From an uncultured euryarchaeote (GTDB lineage Archaea; Thermoplasmatota; Poseidoniia; Poseidoniales; Poseidoniaceae), in NCBI GenBank assembly GCA_937915175.1, contig CALDNA010000050.1, forward strand, positions 11,581 through 75,580: a stretch of DNA of 64,000 bases, in the 5' to 3' direction. Below the pieces are notes generated by a model. It saw only the letters and a list, made by a program, of their open reading frames with translations. It was not told the DNA's origin and searched no databases. Positions 17,015 to 25,544 of the stretch are shown in pieces. A program made the translations under genes and the position numbers. Position 1 is the stretch's first letter; each line of letters starts with the position of its first letter.

Positions 17015-18208
17015 TCAAGAGCCCCGAACAAGCATTGCTACGGCGTTTCCTCCGCCGAGGCAAAGGGTGACGATACCGCTTGAGGCCTCAAGCCGACGCA
17101 TGACGCCGAGCATGGTAATCAGGCAACGTGTACCGCTGGAACCAAGTGGATGACCAAGGCTTATTGCCCCTCCGTGAAGGTTGAAACGGTCGTCTGGAAT
17201 ATTGAGTTCCTGAGCCACTGAACACGATGCCGAAGCAAAGGCCTCATTGTGTTCGAACACATCGATGTCCATCACGTTGAGGTCGTTGCGGTTGAGCAAC
17301 ATCTGAACAGCGGTGATCGGTGCGCTCATGACCCTTGCAGGTTCGACGCCGGTTGTGCAGTAATCTTCCACATAACCAAGCACTTCCCAACCCTGTTGTT
17401 GAGCGTAGGCTGCATCAGCGAGCAGAACTGCGCTTGCCCCGTCGTTGAGGGTGCTTGCATTGCCTGCTGTGACTTGGCCGTCTTTCTTGAAAACGGGTCG
17501 CAGTCCAGCAAGCGAGGCTTCTGTGGTGCTTGCACGAACACCTTCATCGTGATTAAAATGAATTGGATCGCCTCTGCGCTGTGCGATTTCAATGGCAAAC
17601 ATTTCCCAATCAAACCAGCCGTTTTCTTGGGCGGCCGCAGCGCGTTGCTGACTTCGAGCAGCGTAAGCATCTGAGGCTTCTCGAGTAATGTTGCACTCTT
17701 GTGCAATGGTTTCACCCGTGGTCCCCATGTGGACGTCGTTGTACCCGTCCCATAGGCCGTCGTGAATCATTGAATCGACAAGCATGGAATCACCCATCTT
17801 CGAACCCTTGCGGTGATTTTGGAGCAAATGTGGAGCGTTTGACATGCTTTCCATGCCACCAGCGATGATCGCTTTGTACTCGCCAGCACGGATGCTGTTT
17901 GCTGCCATCATGGCGGCTTTGAGGGAGCTTCCACAGACCTTGTTGATGGTCACGCATGGCGTGGAATAAGGCAGTCCAGCCCCGAGAGCGACTTGTCGTG
18001 CAGGGTTTTGGCCAGCACCTGCTTGGAGCACCTGTCCGAAAATTACTTCATCAATGATGCCTGATGTGGTTTGAATACCTGCGCGTTGGCATAATTCCTT
18101 GACCGCTAAGACCCCAAGGTCGACTGCTGTGAAGCCTGAAAGGGAGCCCATGAACTTGCCAATTGGCGTCCGAGCGACCGCGCAAATAGCAACCTGAGGT
18201 TGAGGCAT
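17015..18208 (-). CDS. acetyl-CoA C-acetyltransferase (thiolase II)
   Basis: VAICAVARTPIGKF, active-site region INKVCGSSLKA, NEAFA, and C-terminal CLGGGNAVAMLV. Confidence 0.95.
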   Translation of the reverse strand: MPQPQVAICAVARTPIGKFMGSLSGFTAVDLGVLAVKELCQRAGIQTTSGIIDEVIFGQVLQAGAGQNPARQVALGAGLPYSTPCVTINKVCGSSLKAAMMAANSIRAGEYKAIIAGGMESMSNAPHLLQNHRKGSKMGDSMLVDSMIHDGLWDGYNDVHMGTTGETIAQECNITREASDAYAARSQQRAAAAQENGWFDWEMFAIEIAQRRGDPIHFNHDEGVRASTTEASLAGLRPVFKKDGQVTAGNASTLNDGASAVLLADAAYAQQQGWEVLGYVEDYCTTGVEPARVMSAPITAVQMLLNRNDLNVMDIDVFEHNEAFASASCSVAQELNIPDDRFNLHGGAISLGHPLGSSGTRCLITMLGVMRRLEASSGIVTLCLGGGNAVAMLVRGS

Positions 18209-18305
18209 GGAACCCCCAAGGAGAACTTATTCTTCAATGTGCGCGACTCAAAATCAGCCAAAATGATGGGAGAAGCATTGATGATGAGGAGGTGCTGGCC
18301 GGAGT

Positions 18306-19130
18306 ATGGCCAAATTCAAGACCGGATTTAACACCGACCGAGCAGCGAACGAAATGCGAAGCGTCGAAGTTGAAATTGATTTCACTCCAAACGCCCTTGC
18401 ATCAATCCTCTACCGACAGGGCGACACCGTCATTTTGGCCTGTTGCACCAAAGAATCCCGCTTGCCTGGATGGTTCCCCCGTGATTCAACCAAGGGCTGG
18501 GTTCATGCCGAGTATTCCCTTCTCCCAGGATCGACCGACTCAAGATTCCGCCGTGAACGACGTGGAGCAAAAGGACGCACGCAGGAAATCGAGCGCCTCG
18601 TTGCTCGTTCGTTGCGAGCCGCTGTTGATTTGGAAGCCCTTGGACCCGTCGCACTCAACGTCGATTGTGATGTCCTCAACGCAGACGGAGGCACCCGATG
18701 CGCTTCGATTACCGCAGCAAACATCGCTTTGCGCCTTGCAGTTCGCCGCCTTATTGCTCGTGGCGATTGCTTGCCACTCGACATGCGTCCGACTGAAGAC
18801 GAACGACGCAATGGATGGACTGCTCCATCGCTTTCGAAGACCGAACAAACCAACCATGAAAACGCAGTTATTCCTCATGATTTGGCTGCTATCTCTGTCG
18901 GCTTGATCGATGGGAACGTGTGGCTTGACTTGGATTATATTCTCGACTCAAACGCAGATGTTGATATGAACGTGGTGAAAACCGCTGATGGAAAGTACGT
19001 TGAAATCCAAGGAACTGGTGAAGAATCTACCTTTTCTGCGGAAGAACTGGTCGCACTTCTTGCTCAGGCAGACGGTGGATTGGAAGCGCTCTTCGACGCT
19101 CAAGTCGCAATTCTTGACGGCATCGAATGA
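18306..19130 (+). CDS. rph: ribonuclease PH (bacterial type) with a ~36-aa insertion
   Basis: GWVHAEYSLLPGST, RGAKGRTQEIERLVARSLRAAVDLEALG, DCDVLNADGGTRCASITAA, DMNVV. The product is 274 aa versus ~238-245 aa for the E. coli and B. subtilis enzymes as I recall them. The extra segment maps to ~18762-18875. Confidence 0.9.
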   Translation: MAKFKTGFNTDRAANEMRSVEVEIDFTPNALASILYRQGDTVILACCTKESRLPGWFPRDSTKGWVHAEYSLLPGSTDSRFRRERRGAKGRTQEIERLVARSLRAAVDLEALGPVALNVDCDVLNADGGTRCASITAANIALRLAVRRLIARGDCLPLDMRPTEDERRNGWTAPSLSKTEQTNHENAVIPHDLAAISVGLIDGNVWLDLDYILDSNADVDMNVVKTADGKYVEIQGTGEESTFSAEELVALLAQADGGLEALFDAQVAILDGIE

Positions 19131-19185
19131 GGCATGATGCTCAGGCGGAAGCCTTGATATGGCAGGGGTCTTCGCAAAGTTGCAC

Positions 19186-19258
19186 GGGTCAGTAGCTTAG
19201 TTGGGAGAGCGCGGCACTGAAGATGCCGAGGTCGCTGGTTCAAGTCCGGCCTGACCCA
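19186..19258 (+). tRNA. tRNA-Phe: tRNA-Phe (anticodon GAA), CCA not fully encoded
   Basis: GGGTCAGTAGCTTAGTTGGGAGAGCGCGGCACTGAAGATGCCGAGGTCGCTGGTTCAAGTCCGGCCTGACCCA. Acceptor stem GGGTCAG/CTGACCC, D-arm GCTT-AGTTGGGA-GAGC, anticodon stem CGGCA/TGCCG with loop CTGAAGA, T-arm GCTGG-TTCAAGT-CCGGC. Confidence 0.9.
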
Positions 19259-19380
19259 CCTCGTCGCACCTTTTGAGCGCTAGCCTTGTGGCTTTACTGG
19301 GCCGGAAAAGAGCGGTTTGATTCGTATTGAGTTGAGTTGCCAATCGTTGGGTTCATTTGGTTGAACCTCTTCTGAGAAAT

Positions 19381-21489
19381 ATGGGCGGCAGAAGCGATGA
19401 CACCGGCGCCCATGGTGACGGCTCTGACCATGAAGCCCGGAAAGACAAAGTCATCAAAGAACTCGAGGTCATTCGCAACCGACGAAACGGTGGCTCAGGG
19501 CGGAGTTTGCTGGCAAATAAGGAAAATTTCGTCTTGGTTGCTGGTCTTCTCTACACGGTCCTTTACGCCTTGATGATCTTCTCAATGTCGGCTGGCGTGC
19601 TTGGTGAATCAACAGCCCTCGACCATGCCGCATCGAAAACCTTCCTCGACATTGGTGGCGAATGTGAAGAGATCACCGACGAGCCTTGGATTCACATGTT
19701 CCCGAACGAAGAAACGCATGCGTTCTCTCTGTGGGGCCATAACCTTCCCGAAGGGCATGCTTCGCTTACTTACACTCTAGAAACAACGGATGAAGACACT
19801 GCAGCATGGTCAGAAACCAACGCTAGCGTGAAAACGGTGAAAATGAAAGGCACCTCTGGTACAGGCCGAGCCTATTGGGAAGCATCGTACGCAGACTTGA
19901 ACGAAGGCCGCTATGATTTGACATTCGACATTGAGGTGTACAACCAATCCGATATAGCCAACGCAAGCCTTGTTGAAGGCGGCGAACTTATTTCAAAAAC
20001 CATTGAATTTGAAATAGATGTATCGAAACAGACCTTGGCATTTCTCCCCTTTGTCGATGACGAAACCAAGATAGAAGTCCGGGTCACTGAAACTGGAGCC
20101 CGCTCGTGTTGGAGCGTCCAAGACCTTGGCGATTGGGGCTACATTTTGATCGGTGCTGAACTTGGTGGAGGGCGAGAAACTGCAATGCTTTCCGGTGGTT
20201 CTGCTGGAATCCCTGCATGGTGGATGGCGTTCACTTCTCTTTCTCTTTCCGGCATCACACTGCTCGTGCTTTACCCGCTGATGTACAAGATCTACCACCA
20301 GGACAGCGACGACATTCTTTCACGCTCCCACATCAACCGACTGGTTGAAGATATTCTTTCACGGACCGCAACGAGGCTAAACATCAACGTCGATTGGGAA
20401 CTCTACAAGATCGAACCAAGAGAACTGTCAATCGACATCATGGTCCCCTACAAGAATACGGAATCGACCCTCATTGACAGCAAGGATGTCCGCGCCGAAG
20501 TGCTTCGTGAAATTCTTGATGAATTTGCTCTCTTCCGTGTGTTCAAGCCCGTGCAGCTCACCGTTCGTACCATCGGTGTCAATCAAGGCATTGACTTCGA
20601 TTCGGGCGTTGGCATCGGGACATCAGCCGAAGAAGAAACAGAAGAAACTCAAAATTATTCTTCATTCTTTTCCGAACTTCACACCCTCTCAAGGGTCGAA
20701 GATGAGGTTCGAGAAAGCCTCGAACTGTTCTTTGCTCGACGCAACGACGTGGCGATGGAGGGTGCAGTGGTCACCAGCGATGACCGTGTTATCTTCGTTT
20801 CAGTCATCTACCGCCCGACCCAGCGCTTTGCTTTCTTCCGGTTCAAGAAAACCCGCGACGAAGTGCAAACTGAACTTCACCGGTTTATCTCCGAGCGAAA
20901 CTCAGAACTCCTCGGTTCTCAGGACCTTATCGTCAAAGGCCGAAATCAAGTTTCGACGCTCGCCGATCGCTCTGGAGCGGGACGAGTTGAGCGAGCCGCA
21001 AACAGCGACGAGCGAATTGTTGCCGTTGCTAAGCAGGACGGTCTGGGAGGCAAAATGCTTCAGACGAAACTCCTTGGAAACACGCTCTCCACCGTTGAGT
21101 ACATGGCCAACGAGAAGCGTGAAATGATCAACAAGTGGGGCTTTTGGGGCCTTATTGTCTTCGTTTGGATTCCATTCATGGCATCCGGAGTGTTGGTTGG
21201 TGCCATGCTTGGTCTTCTTTCCAGAATGAACTTCATGCGTGTGTTGTCTGCAACCTTCATCGGAGGTTCCATCGCTTCCATCACTTGGGCCTACACCGCT
21301 GAAGGTATTGTGAAATTCATGCACCAGTACAAGCTCGAAGCCGTGATTCCACTCATCATCATCGTGTTCGTTGCCGCCGCTTTCCTGCACATTCGTTCGA
21401 CAAAAATGCGACGACAGACCGAACTGTTTGAAGACACGCTATTGGACAATTTCCACGCCAACATCCAAGCCAAATACGGCGAACAGTGA
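19381..21489 (+). CDS. multi-domain integral membrane protein; the C-terminal ~130 aa resemble the small multidrug-export (Sm_multidrug_ex) family, the rest is orphan
   Basis: N-terminal TM helix FVLVAGLLYTVLYALMIFSMSAGVL, a ~200-aa external domain, a second TM helix, a ~300-aa soluble region, then INKWGFWGLIVFVWIPFMASGVLVGAMLGLL...ATFIGGSIASITWAYTAEG. Family call from memory and tentative. First ATG used; the track ORF starts at TTG 19357. Confidence 0.6.
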   Translation: MGGRSDDTGAHGDGSDHEARKDKVIKELEVIRNRRNGGSGRSLLANKENFVLVAGLLYTVLYALMIFSMSAGVLGESTALDHAASKTFLDIGGECEEITDEPWIHMFPNEETHAFSLWGHNLPEGHASLTYTLETTDEDTAAWSETNASVKTVKMKGTSGTGRAYWEASYADLNEGRYDLTFDIEVYNQSDIANASLVEGGELISKTIEFEIDVSKQTLAFLPFVDDETKIEVRVTETGARSCWSVQDLGDWGYILIGAELGGGRETAMLSGGSAGIPAWWMAFTSLSLSGITLLVLYPLMYKIYHQDSDDILSRSHINRLVEDILSRTATRLNINVDWELYKIEPRELSIDIMVPYKNTESTLIDSKDVRAEVLREILDEFALFRVFKPVQLTVRTIGVNQGIDFDSGVGIGTSAEEETEETQNYSSFFSELHTLSRVEDEVRESLELFFARRNDVAMEGAVVTSDDRVIFVSVIYRPTQRFAFFRFKKTRDEVQTELHRFISERNSELLGSQDLIVKGRNQVSTLADRSGAGRVERAANSDERIVAVAKQDGLGGKMLQTKLLGNTLSTVEYMANEKREMINKWGFWGLIVFVWIPFMASGVLVGAMLGLLSRMNFMRVLSATFIGGSIASITWAYTAEGIVKFMHQYKLEAVIPLIIIVFVAAAFLHIRSTKMRRQTELFEDTLLDNFHANIQAKYGEQ

Positions 21490-21502
21490 TGAGGGATCGT
21501 TC

Positions 21503-22087
21503 ATGCAAACGACAACAGAAACCACAGCCAAGGATGGCCATGTGGGTGAGAAAGCAAAAATCGGCATCGTGACGGTCAGTGACCGAGCGAGCCAAGGCGC
21601 TTACGAAGACGAAGGCGGTCCTGCCATTCTCGCCTTCATCGAGCAAGCCATAGCAAGCCCGTGCACCGTGCATTACCGTTGCGTGGCGGATGACCGCCAA
21701 ACCATTGCCTCGACGCTGATTGAATTGGTTGATGAGTTAGGTTGCGATGTTGTGGTGACAACAGGTGGAACTGGGCCTGCGGAAAGGGACGTAACACCAG
21801 AAGCAACCGAAGAGGTTCTCGACCGAATCCTCCCCGGCTTTGGCGAGCAAATGAGAGCCATTTCGCTCAAGTTTGTACCAACAGCAATCCTCTCTCGCCA
21901 AATTGGTGGGACCCGGGGGCGATGCTTGGTGTTCAACCTACCAGGTCGACCAAAATCAATCAGGGAAACAATCGACGAATTGTGGCGTGCAGTCCCGTAT
22001 TGCGTCGATCTGCTCGGCGGCCCTTACATCGACACGGTCGATGAGGTCTGCAATGCGTTCCGCCCTGCCTCTGCACGACGGCGGTAA
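21503..22087 (+). CDS. mog: molybdopterin adenylyltransferase MogA/MoaB family
   Basis: KIGIVTVSDRASQGAYEDEGGP, VVTTGGTGPAERDVTPEAT, LPGFGEQMR, FNLPGRPKSIRE. A GAGGGA element lies 9 nt upstream of this ATG. The track ORF (21371) is an upstream extension overlapping the previous gene. Confidence 0.85.
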   Translation: MQTTTETTAKDGHVGEKAKIGIVTVSDRASQGAYEDEGGPAILAFIEQAIASPCTVHYRCVADDRQTIASTLIELVDELGCDVVVTTGGTGPAERDVTPEATEEVLDRILPGFGEQMRAISLKFVPTAILSRQIGGTRGRCLVFNLPGRPKSIRETIDELWRAVPYCVDLLGGPYIDTVDEVCNAFRPASARRR

Positions 22088-22140
22088 TGCCAATCCTTTG
22101 AGAGAAAGGGTTCATGGAGTAGGTTCTCCGACATCGCCTC

Positions 22141-23559
22141 ATGGAAAATGAAAATCGCGGTAACCTCCTCATTGTAAACGCAACAATGGTGCTTCCTGAG
22201 GACACTGTTATCGGGGATTTGCGGGTAGAAAACGGTACGATCACCAGCATTGTTGCCGGAGGAGGCCTCGAAGCACTGGATGGCGAACACGTCATCGATG
22301 GAACAGGCATGCATCTCTTGCCGGGAGCCATCGATCCACAGGTTCACTTTAGAGAACCTGGTCAGCCAGACAAAGAAGACTTGGGAAGCGGGTCTGCTGC
22401 TGCTGTGAGCGGCGGTGTAACCTCGTTTTTGGACATGCCAAACAACAACCCTGCAATCACTGACTTGAAGGGTATGCAGATGAAACTCGACAGCGCCAGT
22501 GCTACATGCGTCAACAATTATGGATTCTTCATTGGAGCAACCCCCACAAACATCGCTGAACTTCAAGAAGCAGTCGGTACGCCCGATGCACCGGTGACCA
22601 TACCTGGTATTTGTGGAACAAAGGTGTTCATGGGATCTTCCACAGGAACTTTACTCGTCAATGAGAGGGAGGCGCTCAATACCATTTTCGCATCCATTGG
22701 CGGCCTCATCGCCGTTCACGCTGAAGATGAAGACCGATTGAATGAACGCTACCCCGCCTACAAAGACCGAACCGACATGGCAGCCCATGCTGAATGGAGG
22801 GACGATGAAACGGCCTTGCTGGCAACTAAATTAGCCGTGGAACTTGCTGAAACTCATAATCACAGGCTGCACGTTCTCCACCTCACCTCTGGACTGGAAG
22901 CCGACTGGTTGGTCGGCCGAACGACAATGCCAAGCGAAGCAAAAGGCCAAACCATCATCACGACGGAGATTTTGCCTCAGCACCTGACGTTCAACGAAGT
23001 GGACGTGGAAAACGAAGGTGTTCGATTGAAAATGAACCCTCCAATTCGATATCAAGAGGATTTAGAAATCCTCTGGCGTCGACTTCATGATGGCACGGTG
23101 CAATGCATCGCAACCGATCATGCCCCTCACACATTAGAAGCGAAGGCGAAAGGCTTCCCCGCCGCCCCAAGCGGTATGCCAGGCGTTGAGACTTCCCTGC
23201 CGGTCATGCTCACCCATGCAAAGGAAGGCCGATGCACCATCGAAGATGTGGTTCGTTGGATGTCGACCAATGTAGCAGATTGTTACAACATGATCGGCAA
23301 AGGCCAATTGATAGCGGGCTACGATGGTGATTTGGTGCTCGTGGACATGGAGCAAGAAGCGGTGGTTGAAGACCAGCACGCTTGGACTCGTGTTGGGTGG
23401 AATCCCTTCCGTGGCAAGAGCTTGGTTGGCTGGCCAATGGTGACCGTTGTTGGCGGTGTTCCAGTGTTTGAGCGAACTGAAAAAACGGGCGTTAAAGGCC
23501 AATTATTGGTGCTTCCTGGTGAAACAGGAGGTCCCATTGAGATGGGACCTTGGAATTAA
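22141..23559 (+). CDS. pyrC: dihydroorotase-like cyclic amidohydrolase
   Basis: LLPGAIDPQVHFREPG, GGVTSFLDMPNNNP, KVFMGSSTGTLLV, IATDHAPH. At 472 aa I cannot fully exclude allantoinase or dihydropyrimidinase. Confidence 0.7.
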   Translation: MENENRGNLLIVNATMVLPEDTVIGDLRVENGTITSIVAGGGLEALDGEHVIDGTGMHLLPGAIDPQVHFREPGQPDKEDLGSGSAAAVSGGVTSFLDMPNNNPAITDLKGMQMKLDSASATCVNNYGFFIGATPTNIAELQEAVGTPDAPVTIPGICGTKVFMGSSTGTLLVNEREALNTIFASIGGLIAVHAEDEDRLNERYPAYKDRTDMAAHAEWRDDETALLATKLAVELAETHNHRLHVLHLTSGLEADWLVGRTTMPSEAKGQTIITTEILPQHLTFNEVDVENEGVRLKMNPPIRYQEDLEILWRRLHDGTVQCIATDHAPHTLEAKAKGFPAAPSGMPGVETSLPVMLTHAKEGRCTIEDVVRWMSTNVADCYNMIGKGQLIAGYDGDLVLVDMEQEAVVEDQHAWTRVGWNPFRGKSLVGWPMVTVVGGVPVFERTEKTGVKGQLLVLPGETGGPIEMGPWN

Positions 23560-23592
23560 TCATCAATTCTTGATTAAAATCGAGCATCGCGA

Positions 23593-23604
23593 GATAATAT
23601 TAAG
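23593..23604 (+). promoter_or_regulatory. TATA-like box (GATAATATTAAG) upstream of a small membrane-protein gene
   Basis: Centred ~43 nt before ATG 23641. A GAGGA element lies 8 nt before that ATG. Confidence 0.25.
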
Positions 23605-23640
23605 TGCAAACGCACTCTATTGCGGTTTGAGGAATCATAC

Positions 23641-23925
23641 ATGGGCTGGATTGAAGAAAATATTGGAGAAGGGTATCAACAAGTGATTATCGGCGTACTG
23701 CTGTTCATTGCTGGTGCCGCTATGGGATGGCTGGAAGCCGCTGACGATGTCATGACGGCTGCTGATGTCTACATCCCATCTTTGTTGATGCTGTCTGGCG
23801 GAATGGTGACCCTTCTCGGGATCTCCTTTGGAACGGACCATGAAGACGACCGAACCAATGATTTGATGGACGCCATCAATGAATTAACCACACGGATGAA
23901 CTCCATGCTCGGCGAAGAAGAGTGA
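23641..23925 (+). CDS. small hypothetical membrane protein (2 TM, acidic C-tail)
   Basis: MGWIEENIGEGYQQVIIGVLLFIAGAAMGWL...YIPSLLMLSGGMVTLLGISFG. No homology recognised. Confidence 0.45.
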   Translation: MGWIEENIGEGYQQVIIGVLLFIAGAAMGWLEAADDVMTAADVYIPSLLMLSGGMVTLLGISFGTDHEDDRTNDLMDAINELTTRMNSMLGEEE

Positions 23926-23930
23926 ACCAC

Positions 23931-25427
23931 TCACAAGCCGTACAACTGGCCATACTTGGCCTCCACATAACGCAAAAACGGTTCCGGGCTTGGCGCTGAA
24001 CCTGTCGCTTGCTCAATCAATTCGGACGGTGACCACTTGCTTCCTTGAGCGTGGATTCGTGGTCGAAGCCAATCCAGCAAAGGCGACCAATCACCTGTTT
24101 CTACCAATTCGTCGATGTCACCGAGTTCTTCTGCCATTGACTCAAGGAGTTGTGCAGCATACAGGTTTCCAAGAGTGTAGGTTGGGAAGTACCCAAAAGC
24201 ACCCATGGACCAGTGAATGTCTTGGAGGCACCCAAGACGATCGTTTGGAACTTCGACACCAAACCACTCTTGGAACATGGTGTTCCAAGCGTTTGGAAGG
24301 TCTTTGACGGCTAAATCGCCGTTGAACAACTGCTTCTCAATCTCATAGCGAAGCATGACGTGAAGGTTGTAAGTGACTTCGTCGGCCTCAACGCGAACAA
24401 ACCCAGTGGAAACCTTGTTCGCCATTCGGTTGAGGGTCTCAGGATCCCACGATGGGGCATCGGGGAAGTGTTTGGTGTACCACGGGAGGGCCACCTTCCA
24501 AAAGGCAGGCGTTCGGCCGATTTGGTTTTCCCAGAACCGACTTTGAGATTCATGAACGCCCAAAGAGACAGCGGCGCCGCGAGGCGTGTAAGCGTGTTCT
24601 GAAGCCAGCCCTTGTTCGTAGAGAGCGTGCCCTGTTTCGTGCATGACGCCGTACAGGCATGAAAACGGCTCACTTCGATCGTACCGAGTTGTGAATCGGG
24701 TGTCCCCAGGCCAAAGGCCGGCGGAAAACGGGTGAGTGGATGCATCCATGCGGCCTGCTTTGAAGTCGAATCCCATTGCTTCTGAGACCTCGGTGCAAAA
24801 AGCGGTCTGATCCGCAACGGGGAAAACTAGACCTTCCGGCCATGGTGGATCGGGTGTGGTGGCTTTAGCCGCCATAATTTTGTCCAACAATGGCACAAGA
24901 CGTTGGCGCAGGCCAGCAAACAAGGGATCGTAATCTTCCACCTTCATGCCAACTTCAAACTCATCGAGCAGGGCGTCATAGGGTGTACCTTCGACTTGAA
25001 GGTAAGCGATTTTTTCCTTTGTCATCGATATGAGGCGTTCCAAATGGGGTTCGAAAGCGGAAAAATCTGAGGCTGCACGGGCATCTTGCCATGCCATCAT
25101 CGCTTCGGATTTGCTCCGAGCATAATCAGCCACAAATTGTTCTGGAAGTTTGATGGCTTTTTCATACGAACGTCGCATTTCGCGGACGTTAGCCTGCTGG
25201 TCGACATTGAGATTTCCTTCAGCTTCCAACGCATCAAGCATAACGCCAAGTCTTGGACTGATGAGACGAGCATGGGCCTCTTTGGCAAGCCAAGAAAGCA
25301 TGTCGGCCCTTGCTGCTGCCCCTTTTTCAGGCATGATGGTTTCTCTGTCCCATCCAAGGTGGCCTTGCAATGCCTGAAGTCGGTGGATGTCCTTGACGGC
25401 AGCGATGAACTCATCGTAAGTGCTCAT
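23931..25427 (-). CDS. carboxypeptidase Taq-type metallopeptidase (family M32)
   Basis: HETGHALYEQG (HExxH), HESQSRFWEN, IHWSMGAFGYFPTYTLGN. Confidence 0.92.
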   Translation of the reverse strand: MSTYDEFIAAVKDIHRLQALQGHLGWDRETIMPEKGAAARADMLSWLAKEAHARLISPRLGVMLDALEAEGNLNVDQQANVREMRRSYEKAIKLPEQFVADYARSKSEAMMAWQDARAASDFSAFEPHLERLISMTKEKIAYLQVEGTPYDALLDEFEVGMKVEDYDPLFAGLRQRLVPLLDKIMAAKATTPDPPWPEGLVFPVADQTAFCTEVSEAMGFDFKAGRMDASTHPFSAGLWPGDTRFTTRYDRSEPFSCLYGVMHETGHALYEQGLASEHAYTPRGAAVSLGVHESQSRFWENQIGRTPAFWKVALPWYTKHFPDAPSWDPETLNRMANKVSTGFVRVEADEVTYNLHVMLRYEIEKQLFNGDLAVKDLPNAWNTMFQEWFGVEVPNDRLGCLQDIHWSMGAFGYFPTYTLGNLYAAQLLESMAEELGDIDELVETGDWSPLLDWLRPRIHAQGSKWSPSELIEQATGSAPSPEPFLRYVEAKYGQLYGL

Positions 25428-25544
25428 GGACCTACCAACATCTCATTGCTCATGAACGCTCGTATCCTCAAAAATCCACGCTTGACAAGGATTGTTCCGA
25501 AAATCCTGCCACACCTTCAAGATGAGAGACGCATTGGTATCGTC

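Noticed and set aside
6155-19258. Possibility that the two tRNA genes bracket an integrated genomic island containing the EF-hand giant
   Set aside because: There is no integrase, transposase or direct repeat of a tRNA 3' end. The genes between them are mostly core metabolism and translation-related.
22024-22566. 180-aa minus-strand ORF overlapping the mog/pyrC junction
   Set aside because: It lies opposite two well-supported plus-strand genes and has no motifs.
25086-25544. N-terminal extensions of track ORFs: 25086 (M29), 52338 (uvrC), 21371 (mog), 34755 (TPK), 57546 (Taw2), 60247 (S15), 62174 (receiver), 43353 (GT2), 43361-43585 (GT4), 1875 (korA), 4821, 59832-59933
   Set aside because: Each extension overlaps a well-supported neighbouring gene or a divergent promoter region and precedes the conserved family N-terminus. 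I trimmed each to the first ATG consistent with the conserved domain, signal peptide or RBS-like element.
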